Shown one piece after another: positions 10,246-20,713 of a stretch of DNA of 64,000 nt. The notes beneath the pieces are model-generated. The model saw only the letters and a program-made list of their open reading frames with translations. It was not told the origin of the DNA and did not search any database. Made by a program: the position numbers and the translations under genes. The stretch covers positions 4,224,001 to 4,288,000 of the forward strand of contig OY760937.1 in the NCBI GenBank assembly GCA_963664225.1, given 5' to 3'. The stretch's first letter is position 1. Each line of letters starts with the position of its first letter. This stretch comes from Verrucomicrobiia bacterium. Lineage in GTDB: Bacteria; Verrucomicrobiota; Verrucomicrobiia; Limisphaerales; UBA1319.

Positions 10246-10286
10246 ATGGTTCAAGGTTGTGGCGGATCAATTGATGGTTTGAGACA

Positions 10287-11249
10287 ATGCACATTCCTGA
10301 CGGATTTTTGGATGCGAAAACGATTGTTGCCGCCTCGGCACTTTCCATCGGCAGCGTTGGTTATGCCCTGAAACGGGCGACCCGCGCGCTACCCCCCCGG
10401 CGTGTGCCGTTGATGGGGCTGGCGGCGGCCTTTGTTTTTGCGGCGCAGATGATCAATTTCCCGGTATTCGGCGGCACCTCCGGCCACCTGGTGGGCAGTG
10501 TGCTGGTGGCGGTGCTGCTCGGTCCAAGCGCGGCGGTGGTGGTCATGACGGCGGTCCTCATCGTACAATGCCTGCTGTTCGGGGACGGAGGGGTGTTGGT
10601 CTTGGGCGCCAATGTGTTTAACATGGCGGTGCTGGCCACGCTGGGGGGCTATGGAATTTTCAAGATCGTCCGCTGGCGCGCGCGCGGTCCTGCGGGTCTG
10701 ATCCTTGCGGCGGCGTTCGCGGGATGGTGCTCCACGGTGATTGCTTCGGTTTCCTGCGCGGGGCAACTGGCCCTGTCCCACACGGCGGCATGGAGCGTGA
10801 CCTTCCCGGCCATGTTTCATATTCACATGTTCATTGGCGTGGGTGAGGGGCTGATTACGGGCCTAGTGTTGTCCGCCATTCTCAAAGTGCGTCCCGAATT
10901 GCTCGAAGAAACCCCCGAATCAAGCCAATCTTCTGCGCCAGGGGCGTTTCTGGTTTATGGCCTGATACTGGTGTCTGGACTGGCGGTGTTCATCGCCCCC
11001 TTCGCGAGTCCCTGGCCCGACGGACTCGACCGTGTGGCTCAAACGCTCGGATTTGCCCAAAAAGCCCATGAATCAGGCGTGCTTCCGACGCCGATGGCCG
11101 ATTACCAGGTGCCCGGAGGCGGATCGGCGGGATGGTCCACCGCGACTGCGGGAATGATTGGAACCACTGTGGCGTTTGCGCTGGCCTGGGTGCTGGCGCG
11201 TGTGTTGACCCGTAAACACCAATCCAGGAATGAACAACCGATTTCTTGA
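10287..11249 (+). CDS. nikM: ECF-type Ni/Co transporter substrate component, NikM fused to PDGLE (NikN-like) domain
   Basis: N-terminal metal-binding MHIPDGFL, GTSGHLVG, DGG...LGAN, and C-terminal PDGLD motif. Confidence 0.88.
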   Translation: MHIPDGFLDAKTIVAASALSIGSVGYALKRATRALPPRRVPLMGLAAAFVFAAQMINFPVFGGTSGHLVGSVLVAVLLGPSAAVVVMTAVLIVQCLLFGDGGVLVLGANVFNMAVLATLGGYGIFKIVRWRARGPAGLILAAAFAGWCSTVIASVSCAGQLALSHTAAWSVTFPAMFHIHMFIGVGEGLITGLVLSAILKVRPELLEETPESSQSSAPGAFLVYGLILVSGLAVFIAPFASPWPDGLDRVAQTLGFAQKAHESGVLPTPMADYQVPGGGSAGWSTATAGMIGTTVAFALAWVLARVLTRKHQSRNEQPIS

Positions 11250-11841
11250 CCCCTACAGCCATACGGACAGCCCCATCCGGCGACTGCCAGCGGGCGTGAA
11301 GCTTGGCGCCGCGTTTGCCGGTGTGCTCCTGCTGGTGCTGGTTCCCGTGACTCAGTTGGGTTGGATGGCGGCCTACGCGGTGGCGCTGGCGCTGGTGGCC
11401 GCTGCGAGTCGGATTCCCCCCGCATTCCTGATTCGGCGAACCCTGCTGTTGGAGCCATTTGTGCTCGGTGTCGCCCTTTTGGCGTGGTTTCAACCCAATG
11501 GCCCACAAATATTTCTGGGTGTGCTCATCAAGAGCACGCTCTGTTTGACCACCACCATTTTGCTGGCCAACACCACGCCCTTTGGCGACATGCTGCGCGT
11601 CATGCGCCGGTTGCGCATTCCTCCTCTGCTCGTCACCACGCTGGCGCTGATGAATCGTTATATTTACGTATTGTCCGACGAAGCGGCGCGGATGCAGCGG
11701 GCGCGATCCGCGCGGACTTTTTCCACGCGCTCGACAGGCCTTTGGAAATCGATGGCCTCAGTGATTGGCATCCTGTTCGTTCGAGCGAGCGAACGCGCCG
11801 AGAGGATTCATGCGGCGATGTGCGCCCGCGGCTGGAAATGA
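11230..11841 (+). CDS. nikQ: ECF transporter transmembrane component (NikQ/CbiQ)
   Basis: SPIRRLP...KL, RYIYVL, ARSAR and AMCARG motifs. Overlaps nikM. Confidence 0.88.
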   Translation: MNNRFLDPYSHTDSPIRRLPAGVKLGAAFAGVLLLVLVPVTQLGWMAAYAVALALVAAASRIPPAFLIRRTLLLEPFVLGVALLAWFQPNGPQIFLGVLIKSTLCLTTTILLANTTPFGDMLRVMRRLRIPPLLVTTLALMNRYIYVLSDEAARMQRARSARTFSTRSTGLWKSMASVIGILFVRASERAERIHAAMCARGWK

Positions 11842-13101
11842 TCAAGGCTCCACCCAGACGGGCATGCCCACCCACACGAGCTTGACCAGGTACTCGGCGT
11901 TCCAGTTCGCGAGCCGGAAACACCCGTGCGATTCCGTCCGTCCCACTTCCTCGGGCATTGGCGTGCCGTGGATCCCGTAACCGCTCCGATCCAGCCCGAT
12001 CCAGACCGCCCCCACCGGATTATTCGGACCCGGCGGCAGCACTAATTTGCGCCCCAGGTTTTTTGCTTCGGCGCTTTCAGGGAAGATATCCGGGTTAAAA
12101 ACGTAATTGGGATTGGGCGCCACCGTCTGGATATGCAATTGGCCCACCGGACGCTTCTCGACTCGCCGCGCAATGCTCACTGGAAAATGCGCCATCACGT
12201 TGGTCTCCGAATCGTAGGCTTCCAGCACGCGCCGGCTTAAATAAATACGGAGGAACGCCGCCTTGTCTTTTGGATTTGGATAATCCGAAGCGGGGATCTT
12301 CACCACCTGCCCGGCGGAAACATGATCCCAATCCACCCCGGGATTGAGCAGTCGAATCTCGCGGGGATGGGCATGACCTTTTTCGGCCACAAGTTCGAGA
12401 ATCGTTTCATAATCCAAACGGTCCTGTTCGGACTTGCCAAGCCAGGTTTTCGAAAGAGGCCGCAATCGGCCCATATCCGCAGCGGTCACGATGTAATTCG
12501 TCACCGGTGGTTCATCCAGGAACAGCCGGCTTTTTGTCTCCGGGTCAAGCGCGCCTGTCACAGGCAAACCGTGTGTCTTTTGAAAAACCTCCAGGGCGGC
12601 TCGAGTCTGGCTGCCTAGGGCGCCATCGATGGATCCGGAGGCAATTCCCGCCCGGTAGAGGGCCACTTGGGCGTCAAAAATACTTCGAATCGGGAGACCC
12701 GCTCGGGGTGTCACCGTTGGAGCATTGGACGACCCTTTGTCACCCTCCGCGGCAACAGGCAGCGCGCTATTGGGTAAGACAGGCACGTTCGAGGTGACGC
12801 GCACGATATTCGTGATGTGGTTGGTCAATGAGGTCGGCGGTGGTTTGGGCGTCAATCCGGTCAAAGCCACTGTATTGGTTGGGCGCGGTGGGGAGCGAGG
12901 GGATACGATGTGCTCAGGCACTGCGTTGATCGCCCGGACGGGATGCGCTTTCTCTTGAGTCTCCACTGAAGGACCGGAGCGTTGGGTTTGCCAGAAGATC
13001 CAACCCAGAAAAGCCAGTCCGATGGCAGCCGCAATCCAATAAACTCCGCTGTGACGCGGCGGCTTGGATTTCGTGGATCGGAATCTGGTGTAAACCCGCA
13101 C
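11842..13101 (-). CDS. L,D-transpeptidase (YkuD) with peptidoglycan-binding domain
   Basis: IDGALGSQTRAALEVFQ (PG-binding), PGPNNPVG, YGIHGT...SHGCFRL catalytic motif, N-terminal TM anchor. Confidence 0.92.
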   Translation of the reverse strand: MRVYTRFRSTKSKPPRHSGVYWIAAAIGLAFLGWIFWQTQRSGPSVETQEKAHPVRAINAVPEHIVSPRSPPRPTNTVALTGLTPKPPPTSLTNHITNIVRVTSNVPVLPNSALPVAAEGDKGSSNAPTVTPRAGLPIRSIFDAQVALYRAGIASGSIDGALGSQTRAALEVFQKTHGLPVTGALDPETKSRLFLDEPPVTNYIVTAADMGRLRPLSKTWLGKSEQDRLDYETILELVAEKGHAHPREIRLLNPGVDWDHVSAGQVVKIPASDYPNPKDKAAFLRIYLSRRVLEAYDSETNVMAHFPVSIARRVEKRPVGQLHIQTVAPNPNYVFNPDIFPESAEAKNLGRKLVLPPGPNNPVGAVWIGLDRSGYGIHGTPMPEEVGRTESHGCFRLANWNAEYLVKLVWVGMPVWVEP

Positions 13102-13167
13102 GGCCCCAATTCATCATAAAACGCGCTCGAAATAAACTTTATTCCATTCTTTGTCCGAGTCGCAGGC

Positions 13168-13194
13168 TAAAGAAATGCAAAGAGATGCCGATGA
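13168..13194 (+). promoter_or_regulatory. Sigma28 (FliA/WhiG)-type promoter
   Basis: TAAA (13168-13171) - 15 bp - GCCGATGA (13187-13194), versus consensus TAAA-N15-GCCGATAA. Confidence 0.65.
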
Positions 13195-13304
13195 AATCAG
13201 TGAACTCGCGAAACCACATCTTGAAATGTTGTGGAATTATCTAAAGATATGCCGGATTGATTGTTGAAAGTCAGCACGAAGCAAAACATGGCCGGAATTC
13301 GTTC

Positions 13305-16300
13305 ATGAGAGCCGCAGATCACCCGTACCTCGTGGTGCTCTGGGTTTGGTGTGCCTTCATAGCCGCATGCCTTGGGCAACAGACCGATGCCAGCACCAAT
13401 AGCCTGCCTACTCTGACCACTGTCCGACAGGTGCGCGAATTAAGCGCCAAAGAGGCCAGTCGGGGTTATCCCGTCCGGATTCAAGGGGTGATCACTTGTT
13501 CCGAAGACGCATGGTTGCTCTGGTTTCTCCAGGATGAGGCTGGAGACAACATCTATCTTTCCAATCCCCAGTCTCCAACTCCCCTTAATAGAGGCCAGGC
13601 AATCGAAGTGGAGGGCCAGACAAGTGAAGGGAAATTCTCAAATATTATCGTTAATCCCAGGACAAAGCCGATTAATAAAAGCCTGATTCCCCGGTTTACT
13701 CATCCCAATTACGAGCAACTCGATTCAGGCCGGGAAGATGGCAACTTGGTTCAAATTGAAGGTCGCATTCGATCTTTAACGATGATGAAAAATTGCGCAA
13801 ACCTGTCCATATGGATGGGTTCAAACGTGGTTCAATGCGCCCTGATACACACCCCCTCCAGCAATCTTGATCATCTTCTCGATGCACAAGTTCGCGTGAC
13901 TGCCATCTGCGCCGTGTATTCTTCAAACCGAAAAATGACCGGCTTTCGATTGTTCATTCCCGCATTCGAGCAAATCGTCGTGGTCAATGCGTCCCGGGAG
14001 GATCCTTGGGCCACGCCCATCACGCACTTCGCCGCTTTGGCCAGGATGAATGCCTCGGAATCGGGCCGCCGTATTCATGTCGTGGGCCGCGTCATGGATC
14101 GACAACGCGATGTTTCCGTGACTCTCCAGGACGATACAGGCACGACACTCTTGAACACTCCGCAATTCATGGACGCACAAAATGGCGACGTCCTGGAAGC
14201 GCTCGGCTTTCCCGTGCAAGGCAATGAAGGCATGATCCTTCAAGACATTCAGTGTCGTCCCGTAAAATCCACCAACGGGGTAATGGTCAAACTCCCCAAC
14301 GCAACTCTTCCCAATCCCAAACCTCCGCTGCTGACGCGCATCGATCAGATTCGACGATTGCCGCCGGAGGAATATCACCGCAGTTATCCTGTGCAAATCG
14401 AAGGCGTGATAACCGTCTGCGATCCCATCTGGAAACTCTTATTCATTGAGGACGATTCAGGCGGCATATACGTGTATGAGAGCATTCCGCAACCGGAATT
14501 GAAAGCCGGACAGAAGGTTCGTGTCAAAGGCTTCACAGCGCCAGGTATGTTTTCCCCGATCGTTTCAGATCCGGGCATCGAAATACTCGGACCAGGAGAG
14601 TGGCCAGTCGCCCGAACCATCACTTACGCGCAAGCCATCACGGGGCATGAGGACGCGCAATGGACTGAGATCATCGGTGTTGTCCATCAAGTCCGTCATG
14701 AAAACGGCCACACGGAGATCATCCTCACATCGCAAGGCGAACACTTCAGGGCGTTGATTCTGAATCCAGACGGAACAAACCTGCCCACCCATCTGATCGA
14801 CGCCAGAGTGGCAATCGTCGGTGTCTGCGCCACAATATTTAACGATAACAAGCAAATTGTCGGCATCATGTTCCATCTGCCTGATGTCGGCCATATCCGC
14901 ATTCTCGATGCCGCCCCTGAGAACCCTTTCGCCGGACCCGTGCAACCGATCAACCGGTTGATGCGTTTCAATCCAGGCAACGGACCCGAACAACGAATTC
15001 ATGTCCAAGGCATTGTCACCCTGCGCCTGAATCAGGATTCGATCTATGTCCAGGATGAAACCGATGGAATTCTCGTCACAGGAATGGATAAAACGGACGT
15101 GCGAGTGGGGGACAAGGTGGACGCGGTCGGCTTTGTTTCTCTGGGCCAATATCAGCCGCGGATGGACGAGTCGCTGATCCGCAAGATTGGCCCGGGCACA
15201 ATCCCCAAGGCGGTCGATTTGGATTTTAACCAGGCCTTGAAAGGGGATTACGATGGGCGGCGTGTGACCATCGATGGCAGCCTGCTGCTGTCCCAGGCTG
15301 GCGGAACATTATTGTCCCTCGACAACAACGGACATCTATTCGAAGTCCGAATGATCGGGGAAAAAAGCGGACGCGCGGCTGCGGACCTTCTTCCGCAGAG
15401 CACCCTGCAAATCACCGGCGTCTGCAATATTCTGGCCAACGAATTCCGCGAACCCACCGGCGTCTGCATCCTGGCGGATTCCACAGAAGGCATCGTCCTA
15501 TTGGAGCGGCCGCCTTGGTGGACCAACCGGCACATGCTCGAAGTAACCGCATCGCTCATTGTGGCGATACTGGCCACCACGGGATGGGTGATGCTGCTGA
15601 GGCGGCGCGTCGCCCGTCAAACCGACCAGATCCGTCTGCATTACGAGAAAGCCGCCGTCCTGGAGCGTCGATTCCGCGCCTTTGTGGAAACCGCCAACGA
15701 TGCGATCATCATGACCGACGCAAAAACAGGTTTGGTCCTGAATATAAACCACAAAGCCGAACTTCTGCTTGGCCTTCCTGCCGACGAAGTTGTGGGGAAA
15801 CCCTGCTTGATCTGCCATCCGCCGGGGAAGGCGGAGCATTATGAACAGTTGCTGGAGCGTCTGAAAACCCCCGGCAATCTGGTCACTTCCGCCGAACTTT
15901 ATTCCTTCAGCGACAAACGGTCGATCCCGGTCGAAGTCAGCGCCACAACCATCGAGCATCAAGGCCAGACGATCATCCAGGGCATCTACCGGGACATGAG
16001 CGAACGACTGCGCATGGAATCGGAATTGCGCCACGCCCAGAAAATGCAGTCCGTTGGCCAGTTGGCAGCCGGCATTGCCCACGATTTCAACAACCTGCTG
16101 ACGGTCATCCAGGGCCATTCCAGCCTGCTTCTGGCTCAGAATAACCTGGATTCCAATGCGATGGAATCCGCAAATGAAATCAAGGATGCGACATGCCGGG
16201 CCACCGATTTGACCCGTCAACTCCTGGTTTTCAGCCGCAAACAAATGCTTCAGCCCCAGCCGGTGAATTTAAACGCCATCATCGACGGAATGGCAAAAAT

Positions 16301-16880
16301 GTTCCGCCGCATGCTGGGGGAGAATATCCAACTCCATTGCGTTTGCAGCCCCGCTTCTCCCCGCGTGTTCGCCGATCCGGGCATGATGGAGCAGGTCTTC
16401 ATGAATCTGGTCGTAAACGCCCGGGACGCCATGCCCATGCCCAAAGGCGGCGAGTTGACCATCACCACCGACCAGGTTGAAATTGGCCCGGCTCAATGCA
16501 AAGACCGTCCCGAAGCCCGCATCGGGCAATTTGCTCATATCACTTTTGCGGACAATGGCTGCGGTATGGATGCCGCCACATTAACAAGGATTTTCGAGCC
16601 GTTTTTTACCACCAAGGAAGTGGGCAAGGGCACCGGTCTGGGCCTCGCCACGGTTTATGGCATCGTCAACCAGCATAACGGCTGGATCGAAGTGCAGAGT
16701 CAGCCGGACCAGGGAACAACGTTCCAAATCTTTATTCCGCTTATCGATAAAAATTTATCCTCCGATAAACAGGCCCTCAAACCCATGAATCAAGGCCAGT
16801 CGATCTCCAATCTTGGCGGCGTCTCCGACTCGGGCCGCGCGCAATCGTTTCGGCAGCAATGCGCCGGCAACGTTGCTTGA
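13305..16880 (+). CDS. Membrane PAS-domain sensor histidine kinase with large repetitive periplasmic region
   Basis: Signal peptide, duplicated periplasmic module, TM (PPWWT...), PAS, H-box [18 protein letters not shown] and GKGTGLGL. No receiver domain. Confidence 0.93.
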   Translation: MRAADHPYLVVLWVWCAFIAACLGQQTDASTNSLPTLTTVRQVRELSAKEASRGYPVRIQGVITCSEDAWLLWFLQDEAGDNIYLSNPQSPTPLNRGQAIEVEGQTSEGKFSNIIVNPRTKPINKSLIPRFTHPNYEQLDSGREDGNLVQIEGRIRSLTMMKNCANLSIWMGSNVVQCALIHTPSSNLDHLLDAQVRVTAICAVYSSNRKMTGFRLFIPAFEQIVVVNASREDPWATPITHFAALARMNASESGRRIHVVGRVMDRQRDVSVTLQDDTGTTLLNTPQFMDAQNGDVLEALGFPVQGNEGMILQDIQCRPVKSTNGVMVKLPNATLPNPKPPLLTRIDQIRRLPPEEYHRSYPVQIEGVITVCDPIWKLLFIEDDSGGIYVYESIPQPELKAGQKVRVKGFTAPGMFSPIVSDPGIEILGPGEWPVARTITYAQAITGHEDAQWTEIIGVVHQVRHENGHTEIILTSQGEHFRALILNPDGTNLPTHLIDARVAIVGVCATIFNDNKQIVGIMFHLPDVGHIRILDAAPENPFAGPVQPINRLMRFNPGNGPEQRIHVQGIVTLRLNQDSIYVQDETDGILVTGMDKTDVRVGDKVDAVGFVSLGQYQPRMDESLIRKIGPGTIPKAVDLDFNQALKGDYDGRRVTIDGSLLLSQAGGTLLSLDNNGHLFEVRMIGEKSGRAAADLLPQSTLQITGVCNILANEFREPTGVCILADSTEGIVLLERPPWWTNRHMLEVTASLIVAILATTGWVMLLRRRVARQTDQIRLHYEKAAVLERRFRAFVETANDAIIMTDAKTGLVLNINHKAELLLGLPADEVVGKPCLICHPPGKAEHYEQLLERLKTPGNLVTSAELYSFSDKRSIPVEVSATTIEHQGQTIIQGIYRDMSERLRMESELRHAQKMQSVGQLAAGIAHDFNNLLTVIQGHSSLLLAQNNLDSNAMESANEIKDATCRATDLTRQLLVFSRKQMLQPQPVNLNAIIDGMAKMFRRMLGENIQLHCVCSPASPRVFADPGMMEQVFMNLVVNARDAMPMPKGGELTITTDQVEIGPAQCKDRPEARIGQFAHITFADNGCGMDAATLTRIFEPFFTTKEVGKGTGLGLATVYGIVNQHNGWIEVQSQPDQGTTFQIFIPLIDKNLSSDKQALKPMNQGQSISNLGGVSDSGRAQSFRQQCAGNVA

Positions 16881-16930
16881 GGGATGGTGGATGCCGGAGA
16901 GATCGGTTCGCGCTCTCTCCAGTGACCGCT

Positions 16931-17935
16931 TTATTGCGGTAGCGGCGGCCAGGAAATGGGTTCGGCCGTGAACAGTCCCGGAGGCAGGGGAGGCAGGGCG
17001 TTGACCATTTCCCGCCACGATTCGCGATCCGCCGGTGAAAGGGCCTGCCAGCGCTCGACATTCTTTAGAAACTGCTCCTGTTCTGCAGTGGATAAACTCG
17101 CGAGCTTGTTAAAGGATTCGATGCAGTGTTGCCTCTGTTCGCGAGGCAGATTCTTAAACCGCTCCAGCACATTCTGCATTTGACTGCGCTCCTCATTGGA
17201 TAACGCATTCAGAACCTTTTGCTTCTCCTGAGGATTCAACTCAAAAAAACCATCGAATCGGGCATAACGTGTTTGTTGCTGGCGCGGAGTAAGACTCTGC
17301 CAATGGGACAGTTCCTGCTCGACCTGTTTGCGGCGTGCCAGCGGCAATTGGGTGAGCATGGCTTCGCGTTCGGAGCGGGAACTGTTGTCCAGGCGAATGA
17401 GATAGTTGCGGGTGATCTCGTTCTCCAACGCCTCCTTCTGAATCGGCGGCGGCAGCAAATCCCATTGTTCAAGCCGTTCCTCGACGATCTTCCTGTATTC
17501 CGTTGGAATGGCCCTCATCCGCACGGCGCGTTGTTTGGGATCCATGCGCATTAAGGGCACCAGATACCAGCGCAATTCCACCTGGCGCAAACGCATGTCG
17601 CGCAGTTCGGAGGGCATCAATTGATATTCCTCGATTTTGGCGCGCAGAATTTTTCGTTGTGACTCGGGGCGTTTGGCGAGGTTCCTGTCCAGGTCCGTGG
17701 CGTTCATGGACAGCAACTGTCGAAACTGGCTGATGGGAGAAACCAACGTCGTATTCTCCTGCGCGGCAACCGTAGGGACGGCATCGGCCGATTCCAGCGG
17801 CGGTGGAGACTGGGCGTGTCCCGACACCGTGAGAACGACGATGATGAACAGGGACCATGGCATCCAGTATGGGCCGCCGAACCGTCTGCCTGTTGAATTT
17901 GGTATTAACATCGAATGCGCCGTCATCCGCCTCAC
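16931..17935 (-). CDS. DUF3106-like helical periplasmic protein
   Basis: Repeated W/FxxLxPxxR/Q helices, downstream of the ECF sigma / anti-sigma genes. Start uncertain. Confidence 0.7.
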   Translation of the reverse strand: MRRMTAHSMLIPNSTGRRFGGPYWMPWSLFIIVVLTVSGHAQSPPPLESADAVPTVAAQENTTLVSPISQFRQLLSMNATDLDRNLAKRPESQRKILRAKIEEYQLMPSELRDMRLRQVELRWYLVPLMRMDPKQRAVRMRAIPTEYRKIVEERLEQWDLLPPPIQKEALENEITRNYLIRLDNSSRSEREAMLTQLPLARRKQVEQELSHWQSLTPRQQQTRYARFDGFFELNPQEKQKVLNALSNEERSQMQNVLERFKNLPREQRQHCIESFNKLASLSTAEQEQFLKNVERWQALSPADRESWREMVNALPPLPPGLFTAEPISWPPLPQ

Positions 17936-17944
17936 ACGCCCGCG

Positions 17945-18451
17945 CTATTGCAGCGCCGCCAGCAATTCCTCATCGACCGCCACCGGAACTTGCTGCAGGC
18001 GGTAAATAGCCTCGAAATCCTTGAGCACTTCGGGATTGAGCACATTGGATACCCGGCCCATTTCGGCCACACTCCGGGCATATCGCACACGCGAACGATT
18101 CTGGTAAACCTGCATGGATAATCCGATGCACAGCAGGGTGACGCCGACCACCGTTGCGCGCGCCATCCCATGGTATCTCCATGGCCAATCCAACCACTGA
18201 AACAGAGTGCGCGGCTGCCGGGCGGGGCGGGCGTCTTGTTGAATGGCGCAAAGCACCTGATGAGTAAAATTCGAGGATAACGGTTTGGTGGACAATTGCC
18301 GCAAGCAGGCGTTCAGCGCCACATCTTCCGTAAGCGCTTCTTTCAACGCGGGATTACGCTCTATTTCCGCCCGGAGTCGCACCCGCTCCTCGCTGGTGAG
18401 CGGTTGGCGCAAACCGGCTTCGAACCCGGGATTGTTATCTGAATTTTGCAT
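17945..18451 (-). CDS. Putative single-TM anti-sigma factor
   Basis: Directly follows the ECF sigma gene. Cytoplasmic N-terminus ending LSSNFTHQVL, then one TM helix. Confidence 0.65.
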   Translation of the reverse strand: MQNSDNNPGFEAGLRQPLTSEERVRLRAEIERNPALKEALTEDVALNACLRQLSTKPLSSNFTHQVLCAIQQDARPARQPRTLFQWLDWPWRYHGMARATVVGVTLLCIGLSMQVYQNRSRVRYARSVAEMGRVSNVLNPEVLKDFEAIYRLQQVPVAVDEELLAALQ

Positions 18452-18484
18452 CGTGGCCTCTTCCTTTAAAAACCGGTGGGGGGT

Positions 18485-19111
18485 TCAAGTTGCGGTGTCA
18501 TCTTCGATCTCTGATGTCCAGTTTCCAGACCGCAAATACGGCTTGAGCCGTAACTTCATGGTTTCGCGCGCACGGTGAATCAGCGATTTGGTGGCGGAGA
18601 GCGAAGTGCCCATCACCTCGCCGATATCCTCATACGCCATGTCTTTCTCGCGAAACAAAAGCAACGCGGTTCGCTGGGATTCGGGCAGGTCCGCCAAAGC
18701 CTCTTCGATTTTGGCCAGCAACTCCCCTTGTAACAACGCTTCGGCCGGACCTTCGATTCGGGGATCCGGTATCTGGCGAACCGGGGCGTCTTCCTCGCCA
18801 CCAATCTGGGCATCCAGGGAATCGGCGGGATGCCGGGATCGGCGGCGCAGCTCATTGAGGCAGAGATTTCTGGCAATTGTAAAAAGCCAGGTGGAAAATT
18901 TGGCTGAAGCGGCATAGCGGCCCGCCGATTTGTAGGCCTGCACAAAGACGTTTTGCGCAAGATCCTCGGCTTCTGTGGGATCCGAAATGGTCCGGGCCAC
19001 CAGGTTGATGACAGGCTGCTTGTATTTTTCAACCAGGGTCTCAAATGCGGTGATATCTCCGGTTTTCACCCGGAGCATCAGCTCGGCATCTAAATCTGGT
19101 GTGGCGGACAT
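18485..19111 (-). CDS. ECF RNA polymerase sigma factor
   Basis: GDITAFETLV, AEDLAQNVF, FSTWLFTIARN, and region-4 HTH YEDIGEVMG...KSLIHRAR. Confidence 0.95.
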   Translation of the reverse strand: MSATPDLDAELMLRVKTGDITAFETLVEKYKQPVINLVARTISDPTEAEDLAQNVFVQAYKSAGRYAASAKFSTWLFTIARNLCLNELRRRSRHPADSLDAQIGGEEDAPVRQIPDPRIEGPAEALLQGELLAKIEEALADLPESQRTALLLFREKDMAYEDIGEVMGTSLSATKSLIHRARETMKLRLKPYLRSGNWTSEIEDDTAT

Positions 19112-19183
19112 GTGGAGTCCCAGCTTATCAAACACCACTCAATCAATAAGTTGCGCGCGACATCCAACCCTTGAATCGAATTC

Positions 19184-20713
19184 TCAAGGCGTCGCTGCCA
19201 TGACCCGATCACGGTCGATGCCATAGCGCTGCATCACACGCCGGGTCGCCGCCTCCATTTCACCGGCGTCGAGCACGAGTCTGTGAACGGCTTCGCCGGG
19301 AGCGAATTCGACTTCGTGGAAGCCGTTGATCGGTTTGGTCAGGGCATCGGCCAGTTGGCGCAAATTGCTGATGGGCTGGCCATTGACTTTGTCGAGCACC
19401 ATGAACCGGTAATCCTGATAGCCCATGTTGTAGGCATCGGGCAGAACGATGGACAGGAGCACCCGGCTGGGATAGGTGGCGCTGGGCTTGTCCTGGTCAT
19501 AATAGGTCAGACGGAACGGGGCTTTGCGCCGCCATTCCGCTCCCCAGTTATGCAAGTAGGGTCCGGTCAAGGGCTGGAACGTCAGTCCTCCCGCCATGAG
19601 GTATTCCGGGGCCTGATCGAAGACCTGCTCGGCAATCAATTCCCGCGAATAATTGACCTTGGGCAGGGGATAGGTGATGTCTTTGTATTGACCGTTGCGC
19701 CAGACCTTGAGTGACAAATTATCACCCGCCCATTTGTTCCGCGTGGACAGGTTTTCCAGCGATAAGTGGCCATAGGCGGGATCGCTGTAGTCTCCATCGG
19801 TATCGATGGGGAAGTCCCCGATTTGAACCAGGACATCGTGGGTTTGAAGCAGCGCGTTTGTGCCGTCAATGCCCACGAATTCGTTCAGGATCACCCCCTT
19901 GGGTTCGCCCGGGAGTTTCAGGTAATTCAGGGTGGCGGGATTCTCGGCTTTTTGCCACACGAAATCGAAAAAGCCCAGGCCCGCGTAGTTTCCTTTTCCT
20001 TTTTGCGCGCCATCGACGATGAACCGGATGAAAGGGGCGGGGATGACCTGCGTGGTCTTGGAATCCTGAGAGCAGGTCAGACCGTGGAGCATGCCCTCGC
20101 CGATCACCGCCTCGGACCAGCCGGCGCCGTCGATCTCGGAGTCGAGCGAGGCCTGGAAATACTCCAGAAAGCTCAGTTTGGAGCGTTGGACGGAGAGACG
20201 GCTGATTTCTGCCTTGCGGATTTCGCGGTTGCCATTGCGCCAGCGCACCACTTGAACGCTGCCTTCTGCGGGGAACCGGTCCGAAAGCAGGGCGGGCTTC
20301 AAACCATTCCAGAATCCGGCATCCTCGGTCGTGATCAAGGCAAGGTTGGCGTGGTAATCGATCCATTGCAAACGCGCGGTGACCCACAATCCGCGACCCC
20401 CTTTTTGCAGGCGGATGAGCGTCGCATCGTTCAGATATTCGGCCGTGGTGAGAATTTGCCGGGGCGCGATGACCACACCGCTTTTCTCGTTGTTTTCCGT
20501 GCGCACAGCCCACGGCTGAAAATAATCGTATTGCTTGTGAGAAACGTCGATCGTCACCAGCGAGTTTTCCCAAAACGAGGCCGCTCCCGGTCCTGCCGCG
20601 CGGGCCGCGGTGGTATCGGCGCCTGAAACGCCATTTGCGACCAGGCAGAACGTCAGCAGACAAACCGTTCGAAGCGAAGCGGCGGTTTGAATTAAGGTGT
20701 GATGGGCTTTCAT
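19184..20713 (-). CDS. HtrA/Deg-like PDZ protein with degenerate catalytic triad
   Basis: Colinear with the upstream protease (KSGVVI...ILT, GLTFQPL, DKVNGQPI), but triad positions read TTAEYL / HANLAL / GAGWSEA. ATGA overlap with the upstream gene. Confidence 0.8.
   Translation of the reverse strand: MKAHHTLIQTAASLRTVCLLTFCLVANGVSGADTTAARAAGPGAASFWENSLVTIDVSHKQYDYFQPWAVRTENNEKSGVVIAPRQILTTAEYLNDATLIRLQKGGRGLWVTARLQWIDYHANLALITTEDAGFWNGLKPALLSDRFPAEGSVQVVRWRNGNREIRKAEISRLSVQRSKLSFLEYFQASLDSEIDGAGWSEAVIGEGMLHGLTCSQDSKTTQVIPAPFIRFIVDGAQKGKGNYAGLGFFDFVWQKAENPATLNYLKLPGEPKGVILNEFVGIDGTNALLQTHDVLVQIGDFPIDTDGDYSDPAYGHLSLENLSTRNKWAGDNLSLKVWRNGQYKDITYPLPKVNYSRELIAEQVFDQAPEYLMAGGLTFQPLTGPYLHNWGAEWRRKAPFRLTYYDQDKPSATYPSRVLLSIVLPDAYNMGYQDYRFMVLDKVNGQPISNLRQLADALTKPINGFHEVEFAPGEAVHRLVLDAGEMEAATRRVMQRYGIDRDRVMAATP

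Noticed and set aside
10150..10286. Cobalamin riboswitch upstream of the cbiM-like gene
   Set aside because: The region is short and lacks B12-box motifs. A NikR-type inverted repeat explains it better.
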